64,000 nt of DNA from an uncultured virus (IMG/VR IMGVR_UViG_3300020037_010720). Taxonomy: Duplodnaviria > Heunggongvirae > Uroviricota > Caudoviricetes. The position numbers were made by a program, and so were the translations under genes. The notes below the pieces were generated by a model that had not been told where the DNA came from, searched no databases, and saw nothing but the letters and a program-made list of their open reading frames with translations. Of the stretch, positions 16,720 to 25,087 are shown piece after piece (positions within the stretch are counted from its first letter, which is position 1; each line of letters opens with the position of its first letter). The DNA is taken from the IMG/VR virus record IMGVR_UViG_3300020037_010720; one strand, written 5' to 3'.

Positions 16720-17628
16720 TCACGGCAGGAGCTTCTGGACCAGCCATTCCAACGTGGCCAGCCGGCTGCGCGGGCAGTGGTAGCAGTCCGCCACGATGTC
16801 CCGGGCCCGGTCCGCGGCCCGCTCGATCGTCCACTCGCGCCGTGTTGCCGCCGAGACAACCAGCGCCGTCTTCGCCGGCCTCGACACAAGCAGCACGGCG
16901 CGCGGCTCGACCGACTTGGCGTTCCATGCCTCGACCGTCTCGACCAGCGCGGTCGGGAACGGGTAGCCCCACGGGTCGCGGAAGTGGAACGGCCGGGTCT
17001 TGACCTCGAGGAGACAGTCGCCGACCGCGGTGCCCAGGACGAGGAGGTCGTGCTCTTGCAACTCCACACGCAGGCTCCGGGCGCGAAGCTCGTCCCCGGC
17101 CCACGCCAGCCAGCGGCGTGACTCGGCGAGCTCGAAACGCGTCAGCGCGGCCACCTCACGCCAGCGGTCCTCGTTCCCCGGGGTTCGGTCCCGCTCCGCG
17201 TACAGCGCCTCACAGGCGGCCCGGAGCGCAGCGCCGGTCGGCGCGGCTTCTGGGTCCGCGCCAGCATGCGCGTGGCACCGGTGCAGGCTCGCGTCATGGC
17301 AGCCGCCGCCACGGCCCCGCGTGCAGACGATCGCCGACATGACGGTGCGCCAGCCGAACCGCGCTGCGCAGCGCCGGCACGCTGCCGCGTCGCAGGTGAC
17401 GGGCCTTGTGGCCGTGGGGTCGAACGGGACACGGGTGCGCTTGCGGCGGTGCGGCGGCGATGCGGCACACGGCTCGCAGACCGCCACGCGTTCGGCGGCC
17501 CCGACCAGCAGCACCGCGGGGTTCGAGCAGCCTGCCGTCGAGCATCGTGCGCCGACCTGTGCGCGGCCGATCACGTGGTCGCAGAGCAGTGCCGAGGCGC
17601 AGCCGCAGTACCAGCACGGCTCGGTCAT
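16720..17628 (-). CDS. Cys-rich N-terminus plus PD-(D/E)XK nuclease-like domain
   Basis: Several CxxC pairs, then HDLLV...LLEVKTR. Confidence 0.6.
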   Translation of the reverse strand: MTEPCWYCGCASALLCDHVIGRAQVGARCSTAGCSNPAVLLVGAAERVAVCEPCAASPPHRRKRTRVPFDPTATRPVTCDAAACRRCAARFGWRTVMSAIVCTRGRGGGCHDASLHRCHAHAGADPEAAPTGAALRAACEALYAERDRTPGNEDRWREVAALTRFELAESRRWLAWAGDELRARSLRVELQEHDLLVLGTAVGDCLLEVKTRPFHFRDPWGYPFPTALVETVEAWNAKSVEPRAVLLVSRPAKTALVVSAATRREWTIERAADRARDIVADCYHCPRSRLATLEWLVQKLLP

Positions 17629-18623
17629 TTCGGCCTCGACCGACCGCGCCGCTTCGGGCGCGGCGGCGGGGGCTTCTTCGGCGGCCGTGTGTACGGAGGG
17701 AGCGGACCATGTTCTCGCGGCCCACGATGACCCGCGCGGACCAGCACGACGGCGAACGCGTCGAGCGCGAGGTCGATGCTCGCGCGCCATGGCGTGCTGC
17801 CGACCTCGCCGACGACGCGGTGCTCGGCCACCCCGGCCAGCTCGCGCCGGCGAAGCTCGCCGAATTGCTTGAGGCCGAGGAAGACGGCGCGCTGCTGCGC
17901 GATCGTGAGGCTGGCGCGCACGGACAGGCGGCGCGGGGTCACGCACCACAGGCACAGGTCTGGCCTCGCCACCTTCCCGAGCCGGTCACCTCGCCGGCGG
18001 CGCCGGTCGAAGCGGGTCACCCCGAACTGCCGCAGGACCCGAGCATGCGTGGTCTGGGGCCGGTGGTGGGCTCGACGCACCGGCGCGAGCGCCTTGGCGG
18101 CGCGGACCCGGAGGAGGTAGCTGGCCCGAGCTCGGGCCCAACCCGCGCAGACCGGGTATCGGGAGTGGTCGCGTGGCGCGAAGTCTCCGTCCGCCGGCAC
18201 CTTGCCGCGGCCGTCGAGCGGCATGGCCTGGTGGCAGTGGAAGGGCTTGCGCTGGCGCGTCAGCTTGGCCAGCACACCCTCCTCACCAGCCTCGTGGGAG
18301 GCCGCCAGGAAGGCGCAGTCGTGGCATGGCGCGCCCTCGCGGAGCACCGCCAGACGCCGCGCCTCGGCCTCGCAGGCCTCGTGCACATCGGCGGGCAGGT
18401 GGTCCTCGAGGCAGCGCTCTGGCCCAGATGTGGCGCAGGTCCAGCACGGGAGCTTGCCGGCGGTCTCGCAGTCGAACGCCACGGGCCGCCCCTGCGCCGC
18501 CGCGGCCGCCATAGCCCGGCGCTCCGCGACCTCGGCTTCGAACACCGCCAGCGCGGCGAGTTCGGCGGGGTCGGTCACCATGTCGAGGCCCACCTGTGCG
18601 GGCGACTGGCGGCGGCGACTCAT
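17625..18623 (-). CDS. hypothetical Cys/His metal-binding protein
   Basis: PCHDCAF...FHCH...CAGW; ATGA coupling. Confidence 0.6.
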   Translation of the reverse strand: MSRRRQSPAQVGLDMVTDPAELAALAVFEAEVAERRAMAAAAAQGRPVAFDCETAGKLPCWTCATSGPERCLEDHLPADVHEACEAEARRLAVLREGAPCHDCAFLAASHEAGEEGVLAKLTRQRKPFHCHQAMPLDGRGKVPADGDFAPRDHSRYPVCAGWARARASYLLRVRAAKALAPVRRAHHRPQTTHARVLRQFGVTRFDRRRRRGDRLGKVARPDLCLWCVTPRRLSVRASLTIAQQRAVFLGLKQFGELRRRELAGVAEHRVVGEVGSTPWRASIDLALDAFAVVLVRAGHRGPREHGPLPPYTRPPKKPPPPRPKRRGRSRPK

Positions 18624-18937
18624 GCCGCTCTCGACGACGCCGAGGCGCGGGCATTCACGGCGCGCAGGCGGGCCTCCAGTTCGGCCGCGAACATGAATAC
18701 GGGCACGAGGCCGGCAGCCAGCGTCCGCCGCTCCCACGGGCCGCGCGGTGCGGGTGTCATGGCCTCGTCGATGTCGACGAGTCGCTCCCGGTTGGCCCGG
18801 ATCTCGGCCGGGAGGTCGAAGCCCGCGAGCGCCGCGCGGGTCGTGCCGGTGCGCTCGAGCTCGGCGACCAGCGCGCCCCGCAGGGCCTCGCCGTCGAGCC
18901 GCCCCGCGACCACCGCACGGGCGACCTCGGCGATCAC
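18620..18937 (-). CDS. hypothetical protein
   Basis: GGAGG RBS and GTGA coupling. Confidence 0.6.
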   Translation of the reverse strand: MIAEVARAVVAGRLDGEALRGALVAELERTGTTRAALAGFDLPAEIRANRERLVDIDEAMTPAPRGPWERRTLAAGLVPVFMFAAELEARLRAVNARASASSRAA

Positions 18938-19368
18938 GCCTCCTCCCGCGCGTCAGCCTCACCCTCGACATCGCCCGTAGCCACGGGCCCATAGCGCTCG
19001 ATGCAGCCAGTTGCCGAGAGTTGCGACCAACACTCGCTGAGCACGTCGATCTGGTCCTCGTCCAAGTCCTCGTCCCCAGGCTTGGGGACTCCGAGCATGA
19101 CCCGGCAGACCGCGAGTTGCCGGCGGTGCATCTCGACGATGCTCATCGCCCCTCGCGCGCGCGACCCGACATCCTCGGTCTCGGCTTGGAACGCCCGCTT
19201 GCAGGCCTCGCCCATCATGGTGACGCCGCGCCAGTAGTCGTCCTCCCACAAGATCCGGTGGACGCGAGGAGGGATGGACGTGGGCCCCGACGGCTCGTCC
19301 GGCCAGGACCGCAGCAGCGCGCGGGCGCCCTCGCGGATCGCGTCGAAGTTGATCTTGTGCCTGCTCAT
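18934..19368 (-). CDS. hypothetical protein
   Basis: 144 aa ORF in a coupled operon. Confidence 0.65.
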   Translation of the reverse strand: MSRHKINFDAIREGARALLRSWPDEPSGPTSIPPRVHRILWEDDYWRGVTMMGEACKRAFQAETEDVGSRARGAMSIVEMHRRQLAVCRVMLGVPKPGDEDLDEDQIDVLSECWSQLSATGCIERYGPVATGDVEGEADAREEA

Positions 19369-19373
19369 GGCGG

Positions 19374-19628
19374 TCAGACGCTGGCGGGCGGCGGGGTGTT
19401 CAACCCGCGAACCATGGCCTCGAGGACAGCTTCCTCGGCAACGCGGGCTGGTATCTCGCCCCGGTGTGGACGCATGAACGCGTCATCGTCGAGCACAGCA
19501 GCGATATGCGCGCGCGATACCTTGCTCGTCCTCGCCAACCAGCAGCGCGTCGCCGCGTTCAACAGCATCTCCCGGGTATAGACCATCCCGCGCGTGCTGG
19601 TGATCTGATAGCGCTCGGCGAAGCTCAT
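19374..19628 (-). CDS. hypothetical protein
   Basis: ATGA coupling. Confidence 0.55.
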   Translation of the reverse strand: MSFAERYQITSTRGMVYTREMLLNAATRCWLARTSKVSRAHIAAVLDDDAFMRPHRGEIPARVAEEAVLEAMVRGLNTPPPASV

Positions 19629-19957
19629 GGCGGGCTCACACCAAGCAGCCTGTTCTGCTCCTTCGCCCTGCAGCGGCGGAGGAAGGCGAGCTTGCCGTCG
19701 ACCTCGGAGGCCATCCGGTCGATGCCGCTGGCGATGAGCATGCGCCTGGTCTTTGGGACAGCCGCGCCATCGGCGGCCGCCTCGTCCTCCATGAGCGTGA
19801 GCAGGGCCGACAGGGCCGAGTGCCACCCGCGCAGGCGCGCGAGCACGTGCCGCTCTTCCACCCCGGTGTAGTCCAGCTCGGCGAGGTCAATCCTCCGCTG
19901 GAGCGTGCTCAAGCGGTCTCGTGAGACATCGGTCAGGTGTTCGTTGCGGCCATTCAT
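19625..19957 (-). CDS. hypothetical protein
   Basis: ATGA coupling. Confidence 0.6.
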   Translation of the reverse strand: MNGRNEHLTDVSRDRLSTLQRRIDLAELDYTGVEERHVLARLRGWHSALSALLTLMEDEAAADGAAVPKTRRMLIASGIDRMASEVDGKLAFLRRCRAKEQNRLLGVSPP

Positions 19958-20481
19958 GACACCACCTCGACCTCGTACCACCAGACCATGTCGACGCCGC
20001 CGCGCGGGCCCACGACCGCGATGCCATCGCCGCTGCCGAGCATGCTCTCGTTGCGCTCGGCCACGGTGACGAGGTCGCCGGGCCGCAGCCCCGCTGGCGG
20101 GTTGTCGTCGCTCGGCCCGAGGTAGCGGAGCTGCACCCCGACGATGAACTTGGGCCACTCGGACGGGTCGAGCTCAAGCCGGTCATCGGCGTTCTCCTGG
20201 TACCTGACCTCGTCGACCACGACCTCGAAGACCTCGCCGGCATGCTCGCGGAGCACGTATCCCGCGGCTTGGGCCAGCTTCGCTGCAGCAGCGTCGTCGG
20301 GCACCAGCGCCCCGAGGCCCGCCACCCGCGCGAGCCGGACACACGAGTCGCAGGCTTGGACCTCGCCACCGGCGAAGCGATCGCCAGAGTTGAAGATCGC
20401 CCAGCCCTTGCAGGCCGGGTCGCACTGCGGCGGGCGCTCGATGTCGTTGCCGAGGCGCGCGACTCGCTCTTGCTGCGTCAT
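19954..20481 (-). CDS. hypothetical protein
   Basis: GGAGG RBS; CDPAC...CDSC. Confidence 0.65.
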   Translation of the reverse strand: MTQQERVARLGNDIERPPQCDPACKGWAIFNSGDRFAGGEVQACDSCVRLARVAGLGALVPDDAAAAKLAQAAGYVLREHAGEVFEVVVDEVRYQENADDRLELDPSEWPKFIVGVQLRYLGPSDDNPPAGLRPGDLVTVAERNESMLGSGDGIAVVGPRGGVDMVWWYEVEVVS

Positions 20482-21056
20482 GGTGTGCTGCCCTCCAGGT
20501 CGGCGATCGGCCGCAGGACGACGTAGGTCTCGACCGGCCCGAAGGGCTCGTCGCTCTTGCGCGTGCCGCAGGGGCGTAGCCCGGGCCTCTCCCGGGCCAG
20601 CTCGGCCCATGAGCGGTAGTGCAGGCCCCACGCGGCCGACGACGGGCGCCCAGCGAGCCAGACCCCCTGCGCGCCCTCAATGGCGAAAAACTCGCCCCGG
20701 ACCGCGCGGCCCGCCTCGAAGTCCGCGAGCCTGTCCTTGAGCCGCTGGATCTCGAGGTCGCGCCGGTCGCATGCTGCTCGCACGCTCGCCAAGCGGTCCT
20801 CGGCGTCGCTGACGCGGTGCTCCGAGCCGAGGAAGAAGGCACGCAGGCAGGAAGCGAGCCGGTCGACGTGCTCCTGCGGCGCCCCGCTGTGGCCGGGGAT
20901 GATGGCCACCTGCGCGAGGTGCTGGCCACCGGCGGCGACCTCGAATGCAAGCCGGTGTCGACCGGCCTCGTCGGCGCCGAAGCGCACCAAGTCGCCGATG
21001 AGGATCGGCTGGGGGATGTCGTGGGTCATGGCGGCCATGCGGTCAGCGGTTTTCAT
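20478..21056 (-). CDS. hypothetical protein
   Basis: AGGAG RBS; GC3 bias. Confidence 0.6.
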   Translation of the reverse strand: MKTADRMAAMTHDIPQPILIGDLVRFGADEAGRHRLAFEVAAGGQHLAQVAIIPGHSGAPQEHVDRLASCLRAFFLGSEHRVSDAEDRLASVRAACDRRDLEIQRLKDRLADFEAGRAVRGEFFAIEGAQGVWLAGRPSSAAWGLHYRSWAELARERPGLRPCGTRKSDEPFGPVETYVVLRPIADLEGSTP

Positions 21057-21246
21057 GGGGCTCCTGGCGCGGGCGATTGCCGCGCAGCCGAAAGGCCAAG
21101 TCTTCGTTCCAGCGTTCCGCGATCGCCCGCGACGCTTCTGCGTCCTCCGGTCGGCCGAGCTGCTCGTAGCGAGCCGCGGCATCGAGGTCTCCGGCGATCG
21201 CCCGCCTCACGCGGACCGCGAAACTGTGCAGGTCCTCCGCCTTCAT
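21043..21246 (-). CDS. hypothetical protein
   Basis: ATGA coupling; 67 aa. Confidence 0.5.
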   Translation of the reverse strand: MKAEDLHSFAVRVRRAIAGDLDAAARYEQLGRPEDAEASRAIAERWNEDLAFRLRGNRPRQEPHENR

Positions 21247-21581
21247 GGCGCCGATCCACTCGACCACATGGCCTGGATGTCCGCGAAGTGCCTGTCGAGC
21301 GCGGGCAGGCGCACGAGCCTGTCGAAGGTCTCGACCACTGCATCGCGCCAAGCGCCCTGCTCGGCGGTCGGCTCCACGCACGCCTCGCCGCGTGGCGTGA
21401 ACACCCCGCTCCTCCACAGCGGATCGCTGCGCAGGAAGAACGATGTCCCGAAGCCGGTCCTCACCTCGTCCGCGCGGGCACACGCGACGAAGGTCCGGTC
21501 CGCGATGGCGACGTAGCCCGATGGCTCGTGGAATACCGCGATCTGGTGCCTGTCGTGGGTATATAGCGTGGCGTGTTGCAT
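21243..21581 (-). CDS. hypothetical protein
   Basis: 112 aa ORF. Confidence 0.6.
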   Translation of the reverse strand: MQHATLYTHDRHQIAVFHEPSGYVAIADRTFVACARADEVRTGFGTSFFLRSDPLWRSGVFTPRGEACVEPTAEQGAWRDAVVETFDRLVRLPALDRHFADIQAMWSSGSAP

Positions 21582-21597
21582 GGTCTTGAAATAGAGG

Positions 21598-21619
21598 CCC
21601 GCGGTCAGACGACCGCGGG
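21598..21619 (-). terminator. GC-rich hairpin, putative terminator
   Basis: CCCGCGGTC-N4-GACCGCGGG followed by CCTCTATTTC on the minus strand. Confidence 0.5.
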
Positions 21620-21629
21620 CCTCGAAGAT

Positions 21630-21926
21630 TTACGGTGCGGCCTTCGTCGGCACGAGCACCTGCTCGGCATCTCGAACGCGGCGCATGAACTCGGTCAGGT
21701 CCTCGCCGTTGTGGCGAGCGAGGTCGAAGGCCCGGACGGCCCGGTACATGAGGCCGAGCATGTCGATCTCGGCCTGGCGCTTGGGCTCGGCCCGGACCGC
21801 GCCCCGGGCCCGCGCGATGAGCCGGTCTCGGCGGAGCGCGATCGCGGTGAGCCACTCGCTGGTGTCCATGCAGGACGCCAGCTCGGGGGCAGCTGCCCGA
21901 GCTGCCGCGGGCAGGGCAGGCGTCAC
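21630..21926 (-). CDS. hypothetical protein
   Basis: GGAGG RBS and GTGA coupling. Confidence 0.6.
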   Translation of the reverse strand: MTPALPAAARAAAPELASCMDTSEWLTAIALRRDRLIARARGAVRAEPKRQAEIDMLGLMYRAVRAFDLARHNGEDLTEFMRRVRDAEQVLVPTKAAP

Positions 21927-22888
21927 GACGCGACCTCCGCGAGCAGCCGGGCCCGGTCGCTGGCGCGGAACGACTGCTCAGCGGCCTCGATCGCGCGGGC
22001 CCGCGGCGCCCGGCCCGACTTGCCGGTCTGCGCCTCGGCGATGGCGCGGGCTTCCTCCTGGCAAGCCAAGAGCACGTCGACCGCATCCATGTCCTTCGAG
22101 GCCCGCATCCCGGCGCGACGCATGAGCCCAGGGATGCCGACCCGGCCCATGGGGCCGTCGACGTAGCCGCCCTGCTGCCCATCGGAGATCGACCAGCTCA
22201 GCATCTCCGCGCCACGCTCGACCAAGACCTGGGTCGCGTGATCGAGAGCCGCCTCGTACGCCTCGTTGGCCTTGCGAGACCGAACCCGCGCGGCCTCGCG
22301 GACGCGCAAGGCGTCCGCGACGGTGTGCACCCCCATGCTGTCGCCGTGGATCTCGACCAGCTCCAGCCGGTCCATGCACACGATCGTCCAAGGCCTGCCG
22401 TTCGGCCAGCCGCTCCCGCGGCGGATGACCACACGCCCGTGGCTCCCCTCCTGACGCCCCCACGGGGCGGCCTCGATCGCCGCCCACAGCGCCTCCCGGG
22501 CCTCGGTCAGGCGGTCCTCGGTGGCATAGCGAGCCGCGTTCCACTCTGCACGGAGCCGCTCGATCAGCGTCATGCGGTCACCGCGGAGCGCCAGGAGCCG
22601 CATTTCAATGGTGCGCAACTCGGTGTACAGAACCTCGGTCCGCTCGCGCTGGGCGTCGGTCGCCGTGTCCCACATGCTCACGTTGTATGCCGCGGTCCAG
22701 GCTGCATCGGCATCGCGCACCCGGGCCGCGAGCGCCTCGATCTCCGCATCGATCGCCAGAACGGGGGACAGGCCCTCGAAGTAGACGTACACCTCGGCGG
22801 CGGTGAGGGCTGTGCGCGCGGCGTAGACGGCGGACAGCAGCGCGGTGAGGGTGGAAGCGTTCAGTGGCTTGGTGGCCTCGTTCTCCAT
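21923..22888 (-). CDS. hypothetical protein
   Basis: 321 aa; AAGGA RBS. Confidence 0.7.
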   Translation of the reverse strand: MENEATKPLNASTLTALLSAVYAARTALTAAEVYVYFEGLSPVLAIDAEIEALAARVRDADAAWTAAYNVSMWDTATDAQRERTEVLYTELRTIEMRLLALRGDRMTLIERLRAEWNAARYATEDRLTEAREALWAAIEAAPWGRQEGSHGRVVIRRGSGWPNGRPWTIVCMDRLELVEIHGDSMGVHTVADALRVREAARVRSRKANEAYEAALDHATQVLVERGAEMLSWSISDGQQGGYVDGPMGRVGIPGLMRRAGMRASKDMDAVDVLLACQEEARAIAEAQTGKSGRAPRARAIEAAEQSFRASDRARLLAEVAS

Positions 22889-22940
22889 GGTCTTGTCCTT
22901 GCGGGGGTCTCCCGCGGGTTGTTGGTGTACGGGGTCTCCG

Positions 22941-22997
22941 TGGCGGGGCGTGGTGGACTCGAACCACCTGCCGGACAGGCTCCCTCCCTGACGCCCC
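22941..22997 (-). ncRNA. 57-nt tRNA-like RNA (acceptor stem, T-arm and CCA; no canonical D/anticodon arms)
   Basis: GGGGCGT...GGTGG-TTCGAGT-CCACC-ACGCCCC-G-CCA. Confidence 0.7.
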
Positions 22998-23024
22998 GAG
23001 GCCCGGCCGGAGCCGGGCGAGCAC

Positions 23025-23486
23025 TCAGCGCTTGCGCGCCCCGTAGGCCGTGGCCACGGTCTCGATGTCGGAGAGCAGGCGCAGTCGGCTGTTCACGACG
23101 AGAGTCCGATCGTCGACCCTTGTCAGCGCCTCGATGCGGTCCTGCGTAAAGACCACCAGGTAACCGAGCGGCGCCACGCCCCGGAGCTGGGTCACCCGCT
23201 CGACCGCGGTCTCCTTGGCGGGCTTCCACAGGATCACGCAGTCGGCCTCGGCCGCGGGCGCCACGTGGGTGAGGGACACGTGCTCGTAGCCGATGTCCTG
23301 GAGCTCGGAGCGCAGCGAGCACGCCGGCTCGGTCTGCTCTGCCGCGCAAACAATGCAGATGCGCATGCTGTGCCGGGCGCGCTGCGGCGCGAGCTGCTTG
23401 CGGAGCGTGGCCGCGACGCCGGTAGCTCCGACGGCGAGGACAGAGGAGATGGCGGCGATGACGGTGTCGATGATGCTGTTGTCCAT
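23025..23486 (-). CDS. membrane-anchored protein with receiver/Rossmann-like domain
   Basis: N-terminal hydrophobic helix; alternating beta/alpha pattern (RICIV, DCVILW, YLVVFT); AGGA RBS. Confidence 0.65.
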   Translation of the reverse strand: MDNSIIDTVIAAISSVLAVGATGVAATLRKQLAPQRARHSMRICIVCAAEQTEPACSLRSELQDIGYEHVSLTHVAPAAEADCVILWKPAKETAVERVTQLRGVAPLGYLVVFTQDRIEALTRVDDRTLVVNSRLRLLSDIETVATAYGARKR

Positions 23487-23608
23487 GGTGTGTTGTCCTG
23501 CGGGGTCTCCGCTGAGGGTCTGTCTATTCACGCCGGGGTCTCCGGCGGCTCCATGCTCTTTTAGTCGCTGCTCGGGCCGCACCGATCGGTGGCCCGGTCG
23601 AATTATTT

Positions 23609-24112
23609 TCAGCCGTCGATCTCGTCGAACCGGCATCGCGCGCAGTCCGTGCGCCGGACCTGTCCCTCGATCGAGCCGCACGAGCAGCCCGTGCGGCGAC
23701 CGCGGAACGAACCGCGCGGGCGCGAGCCGCCAGTGCTGACGCGGCTGGCGATCCACATGTCGCCGTAGCGGCGGACATCGGTCACCGCGACGTCCTGCGC
23801 GGGCTTGTCGCGCGCCTGCACGCGGACCTTGCCGCTGCGCAACGCAGCCTCCTCGCCGGTGACGACCCACTCGTCGCCGACCTTGGTCCAGCGGCCGACC
23901 GCGGGGAGCGGCGCGGCCAGCAGCGCCTGCATCTGCTCGGCGACATCGGCCTTGCCGGTCCACCAGGCCCGCGCATCGGTGTCCCAGCTGCAGCCCAGGG
24001 CCTTGAGCTTGTCCTTGAGCGCGAAGGGGAACCCGACCGCGTAGAAGCGGCGGCCGGTCTTGACGACGGCGGGGGCGGATGCGGTGGTCTGAGCGGTCTC
24101 GGTGGCGGGCAT
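23609..24112 (-). CDS. hypothetical protein (DUF5710-like N-terminus, C-terminal Cys cluster)
   Basis: PFALKDKLKALGCSWDTDARAWW; CSCG...CARC. Confidence 0.7.
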   Translation of the reverse strand: MPATETAQTTASAPAVVKTGRRFYAVGFPFALKDKLKALGCSWDTDARAWWTGKADVAEQMQALLAAPLPAVGRWTKVGDEWVVTGEEAALRSGKVRVQARDKPAQDVAVTDVRRYGDMWIASRVSTGGSRPRGSFRGRRTGCSCGSIEGQVRRTDCARCRFDEIDG

Positions 24113-24118
24113 GAGGGG

Positions 24119-24147
24119 AGTATTATCCCGGTCGCTTTGGCTGTCAA
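24119..24147 (-). promoter_or_regulatory. sigma70-type promoter, leaderless
   Basis: TTGACA-N17-AATACT-N6-ATG. Confidence 0.7.
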
Positions 24148-24175
24148 CGCCCAAAATGCACGCGACTGAAAATAT

Positions 24176-24529
24176 TTACTCGGCCACGGTCACCATGGTG
24201 ACCCCCGCGACCTCGGTCACCGCGCAGACCCGCGCGCCGCATTCCAGGGTGGCGACCTCAGCCAGCCCCGCGGTCGGCGGGATCGCCGGCGCCGCCGACC
24301 GGCAGGCCGCGAGGACGAGCAGCCCGACGAACGGCCACACGCCATGCCGCCGCGGATACGGGGCGCATGCCTCGTCCAGACCCCGAAAGAAGCGCCGGCC
24401 GTGACCGATGCTGCGCAGCGTCAGCAGCGCGACCATGGTCAGCACGACACCAGCGAGGCACAGGCCGGGGTGCTGGACGATGGAGAAGAAGAGGGCGAAG
24501 GCGGGGACACCGAGGATGATGAGCTTCAT
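24176..24529 (-). CDS. small membrane protein
   Basis: Three hydrophobic segments; promoter upstream. Confidence 0.6.
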   Translation of the reverse strand: MKLIILGVPAFALFFSIVQHPGLCLAGVVLTMVALLTLRSIGHGRRFFRGLDEACAPYPRRHGVWPFVGLLVLAACRSAAPAIPPTAGLAEVATLECGARVCAVTEVAGVTMVTVAE

Positions 24530-24537
24530 GGGCGCCG

Positions 24538-24566
24538 AGCCTATCTCCGTTCTATATGCTTGTCAA
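24538..24566 (-). promoter_or_regulatory. sigma70-type promoter, near-leaderless
   Basis: TTGACA-N17-TAGGCT-N8-ATG. Confidence 0.7.
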
Positions 24567-25024
24567 CGCTCGAAGCGACCGCGCGCGAGAGCGTGGGCAG
24601 CCGCCGCGGAAAGAAAACCGTCGAGGCCCATGCCCAGTAGTTGGCGCGCCTTGTGCAGGGCGTCCTTGGTCTCCGGCTTCACGCGGCCTCCGATCCACAC
24701 GGCCTCCTCGGGATCGACCTCCGCGACCTGTCGCGCCCCGCCCCGATGGGTCGCGCGACCCTCGAGGTAGTCCTCCGGCGTGCGCGACTTCCACCGCGCC
24801 AAATTGGCGAGGTCCCCGAACCGGCGCCGGTACACGTGGACCTGCACGCCCGAAGCGGCCGCTGCTGCCGCGACCTTGTCCACCGCCGCGTCGCCAGGGC
24901 AGGCGCGCAGCCCCTCGGCCATGGCCTGCAGCTCGGCTTGCCGGGCCTTCGACAGGCGCCGGCGCTCGCGCTCGTTGTCGGTCGGCTTGGCGGGGAAGTG
25001 TAGGGCTCGCGGGGCATCGCTCAT
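24563..25024 (-). CDS. putative DNA-binding regulator (HTH-like middle, RHH-like C-terminus)
   Basis: IGGRVKPETKDALHKARQLLGMGLDGFL. Confidence 0.5.
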   Translation of the reverse strand: MSDAPRALHFPAKPTDNERERRRLSKARQAELQAMAEGLRACPGDAAVDKVAAAAAASGVQVHVYRRRFGDLANLARWKSRTPEDYLEGRATHRGGARQVAEVDPEEAVWIGGRVKPETKDALHKARQLLGMGLDGFLSAAAAHALARGRFER

Positions 25025-25087
25025 GACCTCGCGCCGACGCAAACCCCGCCGTTGATATTCACGCTGGCCCCGGGCAGGGTCGCGCCC

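Larger units (their letters stand above)
22901..23547 (-). repeat. four stem-loops with identical AGACC loop
   Basis: At 22901-22915, 22929-22941, 23500-23512 and 23531-23547; stems differ but remain paired. Confidence 0.8.

Noticed and set aside
22941..22997. Canonical tRNA or tmRNA gene
   Set aside because: Too short, no D or anticodon arm, no G3-U70 pair and no tag ORF; reported as tRNA-like only
22901..23547. CRISPR mini-array from the repeated GGAGACCCC hairpins
   Set aside because: Only a 9-nt core is shared, spacing is irregular, a gene intervenes and no cas genes are present
24176..24529. Holin call for the membrane protein near the SLT gene
   Set aside because: Transcribed divergently from its own sigma70 promoter and far from the amidase; no specific evidence
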